Below are positions 48,602 through 58,875 of a DNA stretch of 64,000 bases, piece after piece. Position 1 is the first letter of the stretch; each line of letters opens with the position of its first letter. Origin of the DNA: an uncultured Anaerolineales bacterium. Lineage in GTDB: Bacteria; Chloroflexota; Anaerolineae; Anaerolineales; UBA11858. The notes under the pieces were generated by a model that was given only the letters and a program-made list of their open reading frames with translations, had not been told where the DNA came from and made no database searches. The stretch spans positions 21,122-85,121 of the forward strand of contig CAZVPR010000006.1 of assembly GCA_964629085.1 (NCBI GenBank). The letters are read 5' to 3'. The position numbers and the translations under genes were made by a program.

Positions 48602-49723
48602 TTATTTTCCAACGGTGCTGATAATCTCGAACTGCCCATCTTTGACTTGAGCGATATACAAATCAACTTCAACATCGCCATATGGGTTGAAAGAGATTAA
48701 ACCTTGGACCCCTTCAAAATCTTGAACTGATAATAAGGCCTCTCGAAGTCCCTGGGGTTTGCCATCTGTATGCGACAAGGCCTGCGCCAGAATTCGGACA
48801 AGATCATAAGCTTTCGGAGATAACATACCAGGCTGTTGGTTATATCGAGCTTCATATCGCGCTACAAATGGCTCGAAAGCTGGCCAGGAATTTTCAGGAT
48901 GATATGTGGTTACTATCTCCAGGCCTTCGACAGCAGCGCCGCCTTTATACAATAATTCTTCAGTATAAGCCCATGAGGAAGAGAAAAATTTACTCTTTAT
49001 GGACTGTTGATTAGCATACTGCAAAATCAGCGCCGTATCAACTGCTGAAGCAACAATTACATAATCTTCGTCATCATCAAGAAGAGAAACAAAATTTTCG
49101 TCAAGACTCTCGCCAGAATCAAAGCCGAAAATCTGCCCAACCTCTCCTCCCAACTCTTCAAATCGACTAGAAAATGCATCCCAAAAGGATTCGGAAAAAG
49201 CCGCATTTTGAACATCGATAATACCAGCGACTTGCCGTACATCCTGGTTGGTGAAGATATGTTCGGCTAGCACCGCGCCCAATTGATCAGTGCTGGCTGT
49301 TGTACGCAAGAAATAATCATCCTGGTTACTAAATTGACTGCTTGAAGCAGAATGGCTGAGCAATACGACTTCTGCGGCGTTCATCTGGTCGAACACAACC
49401 GCAGTTTGACCGCTGGTGATATGTCCAATAATCGCTACTACCCCTTCTTCGATAAGCTCTTGATCGACCTGCCAGGCAATTTCGGGATCGCCCTGATCAT
49501 CACGAATCAGCAACTCTATCGGGCGGCCATTTACTCCCCCAGCAGCATTAATCTCATCGACAGCAAGTTGGGCACCATTGCGTGACATGACACCTAATTC
49601 GCCCCGTGCGCCTGTCAACTGGACTGAAAAGCCAATTTTTATTGGTTCAGGCTGACAGCCACTTATCCCCAAAGCTAAAAGAATTATCACAAATATGGCA
49701 CCTATCACTATTGATTTGCGCAT
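48602..49723 (-). CDS. LivJ-type (branched-chain amino acid class) substrate-binding lipoprotein
   Basis: Lipobox ISGC, IKIG...LTG, GAQLAVDEINAAGGVNGRPIEL and VVAIIGHITS. Confidence 0.88.
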   Translation of the reverse strand: MRKSIVIGAIFVIILLALGISGCQPEPIKIGFSVQLTGARGELGVMSRNGAQLAVDEINAAGGVNGRPIELLIRDDQGDPEIAWQVDQELIEEGVVAIIGHITSGQTAVVFDQMNAAEVVLLSHSASSSQFSNQDDYFLRTTASTDQLGAVLAEHIFTNQDVRQVAGIIDVQNAAFSESFWDAFSSRFEELGGEVGQIFGFDSGESLDENFVSLLDDDEDYVIVASAVDTALILQYANQQSIKSKFFSSSWAYTEELLYKGGAAVEGLEIVTTYHPENSWPAFEPFVARYEARYNQQPGMLSPKAYDLVRILAQALSHTDGKPQGLREALLSVQDFEGVQGLISFNPYGDVEVDLYIAQVKDGQFEIISTVGK

Positions 49724-49738
49724 GTTTTTTCTCCTTTT

Positions 49739-50194
49739 CTATTTTTCTTGTGGCGGCAACTCTACAATCTGAAACCAATATTTCCCGACCACTTTCAAAG
49801 CTTCAACCAAACCATCGAAAGTTACCGGCTTGGTTACATACCCACTCACACCAAGATCATAGGTTTTGACGATATCCTCTCCAGCCTTCGAAGTGGTCAG
49901 TACGACAATGGGAATATGGCACAACTTGGGATCTGCCTTTATTTCTGCCAAAGCTTCTCGCCCATCCTTGCGGGGCATATTTAAATCCAGCAATACCAAG
50001 CCTGGGAAAGGCGCGTCAGATTTGCTTGCATATCTTCCTTTATTGTTTAAGTAATCAACCAATTCCTGGCCGTCAGTGACACAACGAAAATCATTTGCCA
50101 ACCTGGCCTCTTCTAAAGCTTCCTGCGTCAGGAACCGATCATCCGCATCATCGTCAGCCATAAGTATGGTAATTGGATTTGAAATATTATTCAT
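49739..50194 (-). CDS. Single-domain response regulator (Rcp1-like)
   Basis: ADDDADD, VLLDLNMPRKDG, VVLTTS and KPV...KYWFQIVELP. Confidence 0.92.
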   Translation of the reverse strand: MNNISNPITILMADDDADDRFLTQEALEEARLANDFRCVTDGQELVDYLNNKGRYASKSDAPFPGLVLLDLNMPRKDGREALAEIKADPKLCHIPIVVLTTSKAGEDIVKTYDLGVSGYVTKPVTFDGLVEALKVVGKYWFQIVELPPQEK

Positions 50195-50267
50195 CTGCGA
50201 TTTTCTCCGGAATATTTCAATAATTGGTATTCTAGTGCTCTGTTAAGTTGGATATTGACTATTTTAC

Positions 50268-50350
50268 TCCCTCACCCCGCCGTCGCTTCGCTCCGATTTC
50301 CCGCCTGTGGCGTCCCAGTGGGAGAGGGGTTAGGGGTGAGGGGTGAGGGT
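50268..50350. repeat. REP-like intergenic repeat, copy 2
   Basis: ccctcacccc...ggggtgaggg inverted ends enclose the 33-nt core shared with 3814-3846. Confidence 0.7.
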
Positions 50351-50431
50351 AGATTAATTGGATTGCTTAATATGTTCATTTTTAACCAAAAAATTACTTA
50401 ACTTGCACGAGGAACTCTTTATATCTAAATT

Positions 50432-52945
50432 TTACACCTGATTATCACTTCGGCCTTCAATTCCAACGGGAAGAGCAATTAGGAAGGTCGCCCCTTCTCC
50501 AGGCTTACTTTGCACCGAAATTTCACCACGATGACGCTCTACAATTTTTCGGCAAACGGCCAGACCGATTCCGCTGCCTTCATACTCAGTGCGAGTATGC
50601 AAGCGCTGGAATGGCTGGAAGATACGATTAGCATATGTCCCATCAAAACCGATGCCATCATCTTTGACGATGATCTGCACACGCTTGGCACTCAGTTTTG
50701 AGCAGGTTATTTCAACACTCGGAGATTGATCCGGCGCGTGAAATTTCAGGGAATTACTGATCAGATTTTGGAATAACTGGTGCATTTGATTCGGATCAGC
50801 GGCAACTTTGGGCAATTTTTCAACCCGGATGGTTCCATGGCAATCATCTATGCGGATTTCTAAGTCGGTCAGCACATCATCTACCACCTGGTTTAGATCG
50901 GTCAGAACAAATTCTCTTCCCTGCGTGGTAATCCGCGAATAGGCAAGTAGCGCCTCGATCATATTTTGCCCCCGCACGGCCGCATCCTGCATACGAATGA
51001 TAAAATCTTGCCCGCGTTCATCAAGTGTTCCAGCATATTTTGACTTTAATCGATCACCAAAAGCCTGGATTTTCCGCAGTGGTTCTTGCAGGTCATGAGA
51101 GGCGATATAGGCAAACTGTTGAAGCTCTTCATTAGATCGGGCTAATTCGGAAGTATATCTCTCAAGCTGTTTCTGAATGCGCTGACGCTCGGTGATATCC
51201 AAAATCGTCCCGCGGGCTCCAATTCTCTCCCCTTGGGGATTTGCAAAATGCTCACCGGATGTGGTTAGAAATTTAATTTCGCCATCTGTGGCGATGATGC
51301 GCATGGGCAAATTTTTGAATTCGATCATGTCGGCATCTTCGAAGTATGACTTGATCAATTCCAAATACGCATCTCTATCATCAGGGTGTATATGTCGCTC
51401 GAATATTTCATTTGGCGATAATTCGGAATTGGGTTCATATCCAAAAATTCTGTACACTTGATCGGACCACGTAATTTCGCCTGTGGCAACGTTATTACTC
51501 CAACTCCCCAGCTTGGCAATGCGTTGCGCTTCCTGGAGTTCGTGCGTGCTTTTGCGCAAGATTTCCTCGGACCGATTTCGCTCCGTAATATCGCGATGAA
51601 TACTGCCAACCAGGTTTCCGGCGTCAGTTTTTATCGGAAATGTCACGATCTGCATGGACCTACGCTCACCCGATGTATTTATAAAATCAGTTTCCATGCG
51701 TTGGTAATTTGGGTCTATTGCGCCCGTTTTAATGACCTTCTCGTTGATTGACTTGTATACCTCACGCATCTCTTCAGTCTTTCTATGGGGTAACGCCATT
51801 TGCATTTGCAAATCCCAAGCATTTCTGCCAACGGCTTGATTTGAGGGAATTCCAGACATTTTTTCCATTCCCTGGCTCCATTTGTTGACCTGACCATGCT
51901 GATCGACAATTGTGATGCCATCGGTTGACTGCTCCATAAACCCCTGTAATGTCTGAATGCTTTCTTGTAAAGCCTGTGCTGACTTTTTGCGATTCGTGAT
52001 ATCCTCCGAAAGACCAACCCCAAAGGCGATCTCGCCCTTTTCGTTCCGAATGATATTTCCAATAAAATTAATCCACAATGCTTCACCATCTTTTTTCACC
52101 AGGCGCTGCTCCAGGGAATACGTATCATTGTTTTCAGCCAGCGTACGATGGATAAATTGACCTGTTGTCGCTGCATCAACAGGGTGGGTCATTTCGATCA
52201 TGGTCATCGTTAACAATTCAGTTTTTGAATACCCAACCATTTGTGAAAATTTGGGATTGGCGTCTAATATTTGTGTTGTGGGTGAAATTACTGTAATGCC
52301 CAGGGGGCTATTTTCGAATATACTCCGCAAACGGGCATCCGTCTCTGATTGAACTACCTGTTTGTCCCTTTCGATCCGATCCCGGTGATGTTTCATCATA
52401 ACCAACATTGGACCAGCTACCATATTGGTCGTCAAGGGAAAAACCAGGGAGGCAAAGGATATGCCTAACTGTGGCATCAACACTGGTATCAGTACAATCC
52501 CAATAGAATTGATTAAAGTCAAAACGAGCGTGCTGAAATTCTCAAGGAAAACAGAGGCCAACACCAGGCTCACAATCAAATAGCGCAAGGATGGCCCGAA
52601 ATTTCCCTCCACCCCCGTGTAGATATTTATGAGTATCACTAATGGAAATATGGCCACCACCAAGATCGCCGCTAAGCGATATCTACTGTAGTGGTTTAAT
52701 AGAAACGCAACCAGGAGCAATACATATCGATACAAAGGGGGTCGATTGCCAGGAAATCTAATCATATAATAGATCATCACACCCGTGAAAATTATAACCA
52801 GGGTGATAATAAACCCAGCCAATAATCTCGATTTGTGCTGCATTTCAATATCTTCATAAGGCTTATTGGGGCTTATCAGCCAACGCCAAAACCTGAGTAT
52901 TCGATGAAGAATAATGGAGGAAATTGATGTACGATTCTTGCTCAT
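50432..52945 (-). CDS. Membrane PAS-domain sensor histidine kinase
   Basis: Multi-TM N-terminus, three PAS domains, FAYIASHDLQEPLRKI, NLISNSLKF and GSGIGL. Confidence 0.9.
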   Translation of the reverse strand: MSKNRTSISSIILHRILRFWRWLISPNKPYEDIEMQHKSRLLAGFIITLVIIFTGVMIYYMIRFPGNRPPLYRYVLLLVAFLLNHYSRYRLAAILVVAIFPLVILINIYTGVEGNFGPSLRYLIVSLVLASVFLENFSTLVLTLINSIGIVLIPVLMPQLGISFASLVFPLTTNMVAGPMLVMMKHHRDRIERDKQVVQSETDARLRSIFENSPLGITVISPTTQILDANPKFSQMVGYSKTELLTMTMIEMTHPVDAATTGQFIHRTLAENNDTYSLEQRLVKKDGEALWINFIGNIIRNEKGEIAFGVGLSEDITNRKKSAQALQESIQTLQGFMEQSTDGITIVDQHGQVNKWSQGMEKMSGIPSNQAVGRNAWDLQMQMALPHRKTEEMREVYKSINEKVIKTGAIDPNYQRMETDFINTSGERRSMQIVTFPIKTDAGNLVGSIHRDITERNRSEEILRKSTHELQEAQRIAKLGSWSNNVATGEITWSDQVYRIFGYEPNSELSPNEIFERHIHPDDRDAYLELIKSYFEDADMIEFKNLPMRIIATDGEIKFLTTSGEHFANPQGERIGARGTILDITERQRIQKQLERYTSELARSNEELQQFAYIASHDLQEPLRKIQAFGDRLKSKYAGTLDERGQDFIIRMQDAAVRGQNMIEALLAYSRITTQGREFVLTDLNQVVDDVLTDLEIRIDDCHGTIRVEKLPKVAADPNQMHQLFQNLISNSLKFHAPDQSPSVEITCSKLSAKRVQIIVKDDGIGFDGTYANRIFQPFQRLHTRTEYEGSGIGLAVCRKIVERHRGEISVQSKPGEGATFLIALPVGIEGRSDNQV

Positions 52946-53391
52946 TTAATAACTCCGGGCAATTTGGAAAGATTAAACCAATACTCAGCCAATACTTTGA
53001 CTGTTTCCGATAAACCATCAAAAGAAACCGGTTTGGCAATATAACTTGATGCCCCATTTGAATAGGCATGATGGATATCCTCAGGTGAACTCGAGGTAGT
53101 TAACACAACTATGGGAACATGCCACAACTCAGGGGATCTTTTAATTTCCACCAGGGCTTCTCTGCCACTCATGCGTGGCATATTTAAATCGAGAAGAATG
53201 AGATCTGGTTTGGGAGCCAAAGAAGCATCAACATATTTTCCCTCCAACAGCAGGTAATCCATCAAATCCTGACCATCTATTACTTGGCGGAGATTTATAT
53301 TCAGATCTAATTCTTCGAATGCCTCTTGGATTAAATAGCGATCGTCAGAATCGTCGTCGACATGCAAGATCATAAACGAGTTAATCCTCAT
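52942..53391 (-). CDS. Single-domain response regulator (Rcp1-like)
   Basis: VDDDSDD, ILLDLNMPRMSG, VVLTTS and KPV...EYWF. Confidence 0.92.
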   Translation of the reverse strand: MRINSFMILHVDDDSDDRYLIQEAFEELDLNINLRQVIDGQDLMDYLLLEGKYVDASLAPKPDLILLDLNMPRMSGREALVEIKRSPELWHVPIVVLTTSSSPEDIHHAYSNGASSYIAKPVSFDGLSETVKVLAEYWFNLSKLPGVIK

Positions 53392-56300
53392 GGATTTCTC
53401 CAGACTGGTTTAGTCCATCAAATGATGAACTGATATTGCGGCTTTGTGTTTTCGGAAGAACAATTGTAAAGATCGAGCCATCTCCTGGTTGACTAAGACA
53501 GCTGAGCTGGCCACCATGACGTTCGACAATTTTGAGACAAATGGAGAGACCAATGCCGCTGCCTTCATATTCACTTTGGCTACGCAAGCGTTGGAATGGT
53601 TGGAAAATGCGATCGCTAAATTCCTCGTCAAAACCAATACCATTATCAGCCACAATTATTCGTACAAAATCATCTGCCTCTGCCTCCATTTTCAAGACAA
53701 CTTTGGGAGGGATGCCATTTTTATGAAATTTGAGAGCGTTCGCAATCAGGTTTTGGAATAATTGTCGCATCTGCGAGGGGTCTGCTTTGATAATGGGTAA
53801 GTCATCCACTTCAACACAACCATCCGAAATCTCGATCGCCATTTCAAGATCGGAAAGCACTTCTTGGACAACTTGATTGAGATCAGTATCTTGGAAGGGC
53901 TTTCCCTGCGTTGTTACTCGTGATAGTTCCAATAAGTCGCTGATCATTTGCTGCCCGCGTTCGGCTGCATCTGCCATACGCTTCAAATAATCTTTGCCAC
54001 GTTCATCCAACACATTATGGTATTTCCCTTTTAGGCGGTCGCTAAATGCAGTAATTTTTCGCAGGGGCGCCTGGAGATCGTGGGATGCAATGTAGGCAAA
54101 TTGCTCTAATTCTTCATTCGAGCGGGAGAGTTCACCCGCCAGATTTTCCAGTGCTTCTTGGGATCTTTTTTGCTCAAAAATATCCCAAGCGACATCGGCT
54201 AGATAGGTGACCATATTTACATCCCGATCTGAATAATCTGCGGGTTTGTTTCCAAAGCCTATGATGGCAACAATGCGATTGCTGCGAATGATTGGCACTA
54301 CCAATTCCCGAATGACAGGGGCGTGTCCCTCCGGCAATCCCTTGCGGTGGGGCAATGAAGAATAATCGTTGTGAATGACAGGCTTCTTTTGGCGAACAGC
54401 ATCTGCCCACACCCCAGCCTGATCAACCGGATAGTGCATACCTTGGCCTTCCGCAACGCAGAATTTGTCTTCAGTTTGAGAAGACCAAGCCTGGAGCGAT
54501 ATTGTCACCTGATCAGGCTCAAGAAAATGATAGAAACCAATCTGGCTGCCAGTGATGGCCTCGATTTCATCCAGGGTTTTTTGCAAAATTTCATGAAGTG
54601 AATGTGTGTTGGCGTATTCGATCAGAGCCATGCGAATTTTCAACAACTCTTCAGTCTGTTTACTTTCGGTGATATCCCAATGTACGCCGATCATACGTAC
54701 CGGCTTACCTTCATCGGAAATATGCACTTCAGCAGTACCGCGGATATGACGGATACTGCCATCTGGCCAGACCACGCGAAATTCGGTTTTAAAATCGGCT
54801 TCCCCGCGTAGCGCGGCCTGGACATCTTCATCAGAACGTTTAACGTCTTCCGGATGTATGCCCTTAGTCCAGGATTCATATGCACCGCTAAAATCTTCAG
54901 GGGTGATCCCATAAAGTTCATGCATGACATCATCCCAGATCAACTTATCACTTTCAACATCCCAATCCCAAATACCAACTCTGGCTCCGTGAGTTGCCAA
55001 TGACAGCCGTTCTTCACTTTCATGAATTATGTCCGCAGCTTGTTTGCGTTCGGTAATATCCTCTATGACGGAAAGTCCCAATGTTGGGACGCCCTGTTCA
55101 TTTAAAAGAATCGTACTGGACAAATTGCACCAAACAGGCTGACCATCTTTATTCAGGAGTCGGATTTCTTGAGAACCGACACCTTGGGATTCTGTCATAA
55201 TTTTGCGGATTTCTTCTGAGGCTCCTTCCAAATCATTTGGATGAGTAAGAGCAAACATACTTGATTTCAACAATTCATCCAGGGTATAGCCCAACATGGA
55301 ACAAAATGCCTGATTGGCTTCAACAATATTAGATTTTGCCCCAACAACTACCACTCCCAGAGGGCTGTTTTCGAAGACCGCCCGGAAACGCTGTTCACTG
55401 GTTCGGATGGCATCTTCGGCCTGTTTGAGATCTGTAATATCGCGCCCGACACCCAAAATCCCATCCACTTCTCCCGTCTCATCAAGGAGCGGAGACAAGG
55501 AAGTTTGATAATGAAATCGTCCCTGATCCGTGTCTTGTGACCATTCATAAATTGTTCTCTCTCCAGCCAGAGCTTTGTTGTTGGCTTCATCGTGAACCGA
55601 AGCTGCTTCAGGACCTAATATTTCTGCGCTGGTTTTCCCAATGAAGAATTCTTCAGTCAAACCGGAGTTTTCAATCCAGCGCCCATAAACGCCCGTATGT
55701 CGCTGTTCATTATCCAAGGAGTAAACAACATCATCCATCGATTCAACCAAACTGCGAAATCGTGTTTCACTGGTTAGTAATTCAGCGGTCCGGTCTTCTA
55801 TCAATTCTTCTAAGTGATCACGATATTTTTCCAACTCGGATTCTGCTTGTTTTTGTTCTGAAATATCGATGCCAAATGAGATTATGCCAACAGCCTCATC
55901 CATTTCTTTTATTTCACTATTTCGCCAAACAATTTGTCGGACTTCACCATCTTTTGTAAGAATCGGATTTTCATTTGTTCGAGGAAGGTCACTTTCTTTC
56001 CATCGATTTACATCTTTTCTCAAATCTGGGAATCGTTCAACTGGAACCAATACATCAAACCAATTTTTTCCTTGCAAATCTTCCTTTGAATACCCAGTGA
56101 TTTGCTGTGCCGTTTGATTCATTATCGAGACCTTTCCATCTGTATCCAGCCCAACCACCATAACATTGGCCGTCTCGATCAAGTTTTCAGCAAATTCTTT
56201 GGCGTTTCTCAATTCATTTTCTGAATTTTTGTGCTCTGAAATATCTATGGACGTTGTCGGGGATATTTCTTTACCCTGACTATCATAGTCGAGACGGGCT

Positions 56301-57346
56301 GACATCAAGACATCAAACAGGCTGCCATCTTTTCGCCGGGCTTTTAATTCGAAGGTGTAGCTACCATGTTCTTGTAGGTTGTCAATAATTTCTGGTACCA
56401 CACTGGCATCTGCAACATGTGTCACCGGAGAAGTCCCGATAATTTCATTGGCTGAATCATAGCCCCACAATTCGACATAGGCTTTGTTTACGTAGATAAA
56501 ATTGCCATCTTCTCCAACAATATCAAAAGCGTTTAGTGAATTTTCGATGGCATTGTTGATCATAGAAAACTGAGTTTCTAATTCTTTGCCCTCAGTTATA
56601 TCCTCCACCATACCAATCACAAATTGGGGAACCCCCTTTACATCTCGCACCAGTGAGGCAGTCAAGTTGCCCCAAACCAAACGACCATCCTTGTGAATAT
56701 ATCTTTTTTCCATCTGGTAGCTGTCTCGCTCACCATTGATCAACTGTTCATACAATTTCCAGTCCTTATCAGCATCATCGGGGTGAGTGAATTCTACAAA
56801 GCTCATTTTCTTGAGTTCATTCGCGGAGTAACCCAGCAGTTTATGCAGGGCAAAATTGCTTACAATAGGATGCCCATCCGGATCGACAATTGCTATGCCA
56901 ATGGCAGCATGATCAAATGTTGCGCGGAAAAGGGCATCACTTTCACGCCTGGCATCTTCTGCACTTTTCCTTTCGGTTATATCATGAAAGATTCCCAATA
57001 TTCCAACAATTTCACCCTCTTCATTTTTTACAGGAGATTTGGTTGTTTGAACATAAAACAATTCCCCATTTACACGGTAAGATTCCTCGATATCTTCCGT
57101 GATCCCAGAGTTCAAGATGCGCCCATCATCCTCACGGTATTTCTCAGCCAGTTCCTGGGGATAGAAATCATAATCTGTTTTTCCTGCAATTTCATCAGGA
57201 TTGACACCCAAGTCATTGGCGTAGTTTTTGTTACAGGAGATATAAATTGAATTTCTATCCTTGACAAATATCTTTTGGGGAAGATGGTTGTAAAGAATTT
57301 CCACTAGATCCCTATTTTTGTTGAATGAATTATTGTTTTGCTTCAT
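53381..57346 (-). CDS. Cytoplasmic multi-PAS/GAF sensor histidine kinase
   Basis: About seven PAS repeats ending in DITE/DISE, one GAF domain, FAYIASHDLQAPLRKI and GSGIGL. Confidence 0.92.
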   Translation of the reverse strand: MKQNNNSFNKNRDLVEILYNHLPQKIFVKDRNSIYISCNKNYANDLGVNPDEIAGKTDYDFYPQELAEKYREDDGRILNSGITEDIEESYRVNGELFYVQTTKSPVKNEEGEIVGILGIFHDITERKSAEDARRESDALFRATFDHAAIGIAIVDPDGHPIVSNFALHKLLGYSANELKKMSFVEFTHPDDADKDWKLYEQLINGERDSYQMEKRYIHKDGRLVWGNLTASLVRDVKGVPQFVIGMVEDITEGKELETQFSMINNAIENSLNAFDIVGEDGNFIYVNKAYVELWGYDSANEIIGTSPVTHVADASVVPEIIDNLQEHGSYTFELKARRKDGSLFDVLMSARLDYDSQGKEISPTTSIDISEHKNSENELRNAKEFAENLIETANVMVVGLDTDGKVSIMNQTAQQITGYSKEDLQGKNWFDVLVPVERFPDLRKDVNRWKESDLPRTNENPILTKDGEVRQIVWRNSEIKEMDEAVGIISFGIDISEQKQAESELEKYRDHLEELIEDRTAELLTSETRFRSLVESMDDVVYSLDNEQRHTGVYGRWIENSGLTEEFFIGKTSAEILGPEAASVHDEANNKALAGERTIYEWSQDTDQGRFHYQTSLSPLLDETGEVDGILGVGRDITDLKQAEDAIRTSEQRFRAVFENSPLGVVVVGAKSNIVEANQAFCSMLGYTLDELLKSSMFALTHPNDLEGASEEIRKIMTESQGVGSQEIRLLNKDGQPVWCNLSSTILLNEQGVPTLGLSVIEDITERKQAADIIHESEERLSLATHGARVGIWDWDVESDKLIWDDVMHELYGITPEDFSGAYESWTKGIHPEDVKRSDEDVQAALRGEADFKTEFRVVWPDGSIRHIRGTAEVHISDEGKPVRMIGVHWDITESKQTEELLKIRMALIEYANTHSLHEILQKTLDEIEAITGSQIGFYHFLEPDQVTISLQAWSSQTEDKFCVAEGQGMHYPVDQAGVWADAVRQKKPVIHNDYSSLPHRKGLPEGHAPVIRELVVPIIRSNRIVAIIGFGNKPADYSDRDVNMVTYLADVAWDIFEQKRSQEALENLAGELSRSNEELEQFAYIASHDLQAPLRKITAFSDRLKGKYHNVLDERGKDYLKRMADAAERGQQMISDLLELSRVTTQGKPFQDTDLNQVVQEVLSDLEMAIEISDGCVEVDDLPIIKADPSQMRQLFQNLIANALKFHKNGIPPKVVLKMEAEADDFVRIIVADNGIGFDEEFSDRIFQPFQRLRSQSEYEGSGIGLSICLKIVERHGGQLSCLSQPGDGSIFTIVLPKTQSRNISSSFDGLNQSGEIHED

Positions 57347-57387
57347 GATCGATACCTAAGTCACACCGAATAGCTGTATCTATAGGG

Positions 57388-57801
57388 TTATATGGATGCT
57401 TCGAAATTGTTACCGTTGGGAGAGCAAATATTTCTAATGGATTGAGCAATCTCGTCAATTGAGGCTGTTTTAAACAGAAAAGCATTTGCCCCCGCTTCTA
57501 GCACTTGATCAATTTTGCCGTTATCTTCCAGGCTGGTTAGGGCTAATATGCATGTGGCTGGAGAAATCTGGCGAATGACTTTTGTCGCAACGATGCCATT
57601 TATGACAGGCATGTTGATATCCATCAAAATGACGTCAGGTTTTCGCGTTACGCACAAATCGACTGCTTCCAAGCCATTCGCGGCTTCCCCTACCAGTCTG
57701 AAATCTTGGTGGAATTTAATAAACAGACTCAGACTGTGACGCACCATTTCATTATCGTCTACGAGCAAGACCGTGATCGGCAATGATTTTTGATTTTTCA
57801 T
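57388..57801 (-). CDS. Stand-alone NarL-type receiver domain protein
   Basis: LLVDDNEMVR, LVGEAANG, ILMDINMP and LTS. No HTH domain. Confidence 0.88.
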   Translation of the reverse strand: MKNQKSLPITVLLVDDNEMVRHSLSLFIKFHQDFRLVGEAANGLEAVDLCVTRKPDVILMDINMPVINGIVATKVIRQISPATCILALTSLEDNGKIDQVLEAGANAFLFKTASIDEIAQSIRNICSPNGNNFEASI

Positions 57802-57967
57802 TCCAATGATTTCCTATTAGACATACAAATTAGACATACTAATAGTTTAAAAGAAAATCCCCTCTGGTAAAAGGATCACCAAGGGGATTTTTGATCAACT
57901 AGGAGGCTGATAATAATATCGGCCAGTTGGGGGATTTCTTCCTTTTAATTCAATGGAAATTACTCAT

Positions 57968-58176
57968 GTTACGCACATAAGCAAAACTAGATCAAATTGC
58001 ATTCTGAGTAGTGCAAAACAACGTGCAGCACGGATCGAAGGGTGAAGTTTGACCCGCTCGCACCCGTTCGGCTTACCCTGCGGGTATCACGACGAAGTCT
58101 TCGATTCGACCGACTTCGGCGGGGATCATTTCACGACGCATCCTTTATGGGCAGAATGCAAACTGCGTAACTCCTG
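57968..58176. repeat. MITE-like element with nested terminal inverted repeats
   Basis: ttgcattctg (57997-58006) pairs with cagaatgcaa (58152-58161), and gttacgca (57968-57975) pairs with tgcgtaac (58164-58171). They enclose a GC-rich non-coding interior. Confidence 0.45.
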
Positions 58177-58232
58177 TTAATTAATATGTTAATAAACACT
58201 TCCCCAAGATGCCGGCCCATAATTGCGGACCT

Positions 58233-58871
58233 TTAGACAAGTTTTTTTTCTATTGCAAGCCTGACGGCTTCCACGCGACTGGCGACATGCAATTTATCCA
58301 GAATATTGCTGACGTGAGTTTTCACCGTTGAGCGGCTTATGTATAGTTTTTCGGCGATTTCGGGGTTGCTAAGGCCATCGGTAAGCTTGGCGAGTACCTC
58401 CAGTTCGCGTCGGGTTAGGTTAAAGTCCTCATCTGGAGGGCGAGTTGCCGATGAAATCAGCACTTGGGTGGCCTCAGGGGAGAGAGTTGGCTTGCCAGAA
58501 TAAGCATTGCGAATGGCATTTGCCAGGTCGTCAATGGATGAATTCTTCAACATAAACCCGATGGCACCACTCTCTAGAGCATCTTGAACCAAATGTTCTT
58601 CTTCATAACTGGTCATTGCAACAATCCGCATTTGGGGATATTGCTTGAGAATTGTGCGAGTTGCTTCAATGCCTCCCATCTCTGGCATCAGAAGATCCAT
58701 AAGGATAACGTCAGGATTTAATTTCCTGCACATATTCAACGCTTCTACCCCATCCATCGCTTCCCCCACTAATTCCAGATCATCAAAGGCAGTAAGGAAA
58801 ACCCCCAACCCCTTACGAACCATTTCGTGATCATCTACAAGTAAAACACGGATAGAATTAGCCGGGGTCAT
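58233..58871 (-). CDS. NarL/LuxR family DNA-binding response regulator
   Basis: Receiver domain followed by the LuxR HTH LTRRELEVL...GLSNPEIAEKLYISRSTVKTHVSNIL. Confidence 0.95.
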   Translation of the reverse strand: MTPANSIRVLLVDDHEMVRKGLGVFLTAFDDLELVGEAMDGVEALNMCRKLNPDVILMDLLMPEMGGIEATRTILKQYPQMRIVAMTSYEEEHLVQDALESGAIGFMLKNSSIDDLANAIRNAYSGKPTLSPEATQVLISSATRPPDEDFNLTRRELEVLAKLTDGLSNPEIAEKLYISRSTVKTHVSNILDKLHVASRVEAVRLAIEKKLV

Positions 58872-58875
58872 GATT

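Noticed and set aside
45734-57346. Bacteriophytochromes
   Set aside because: The kinase cores and receivers are Cph1/Rcp1-like, but no PAS-GAF-PHY module or PASDIP motif is seen.
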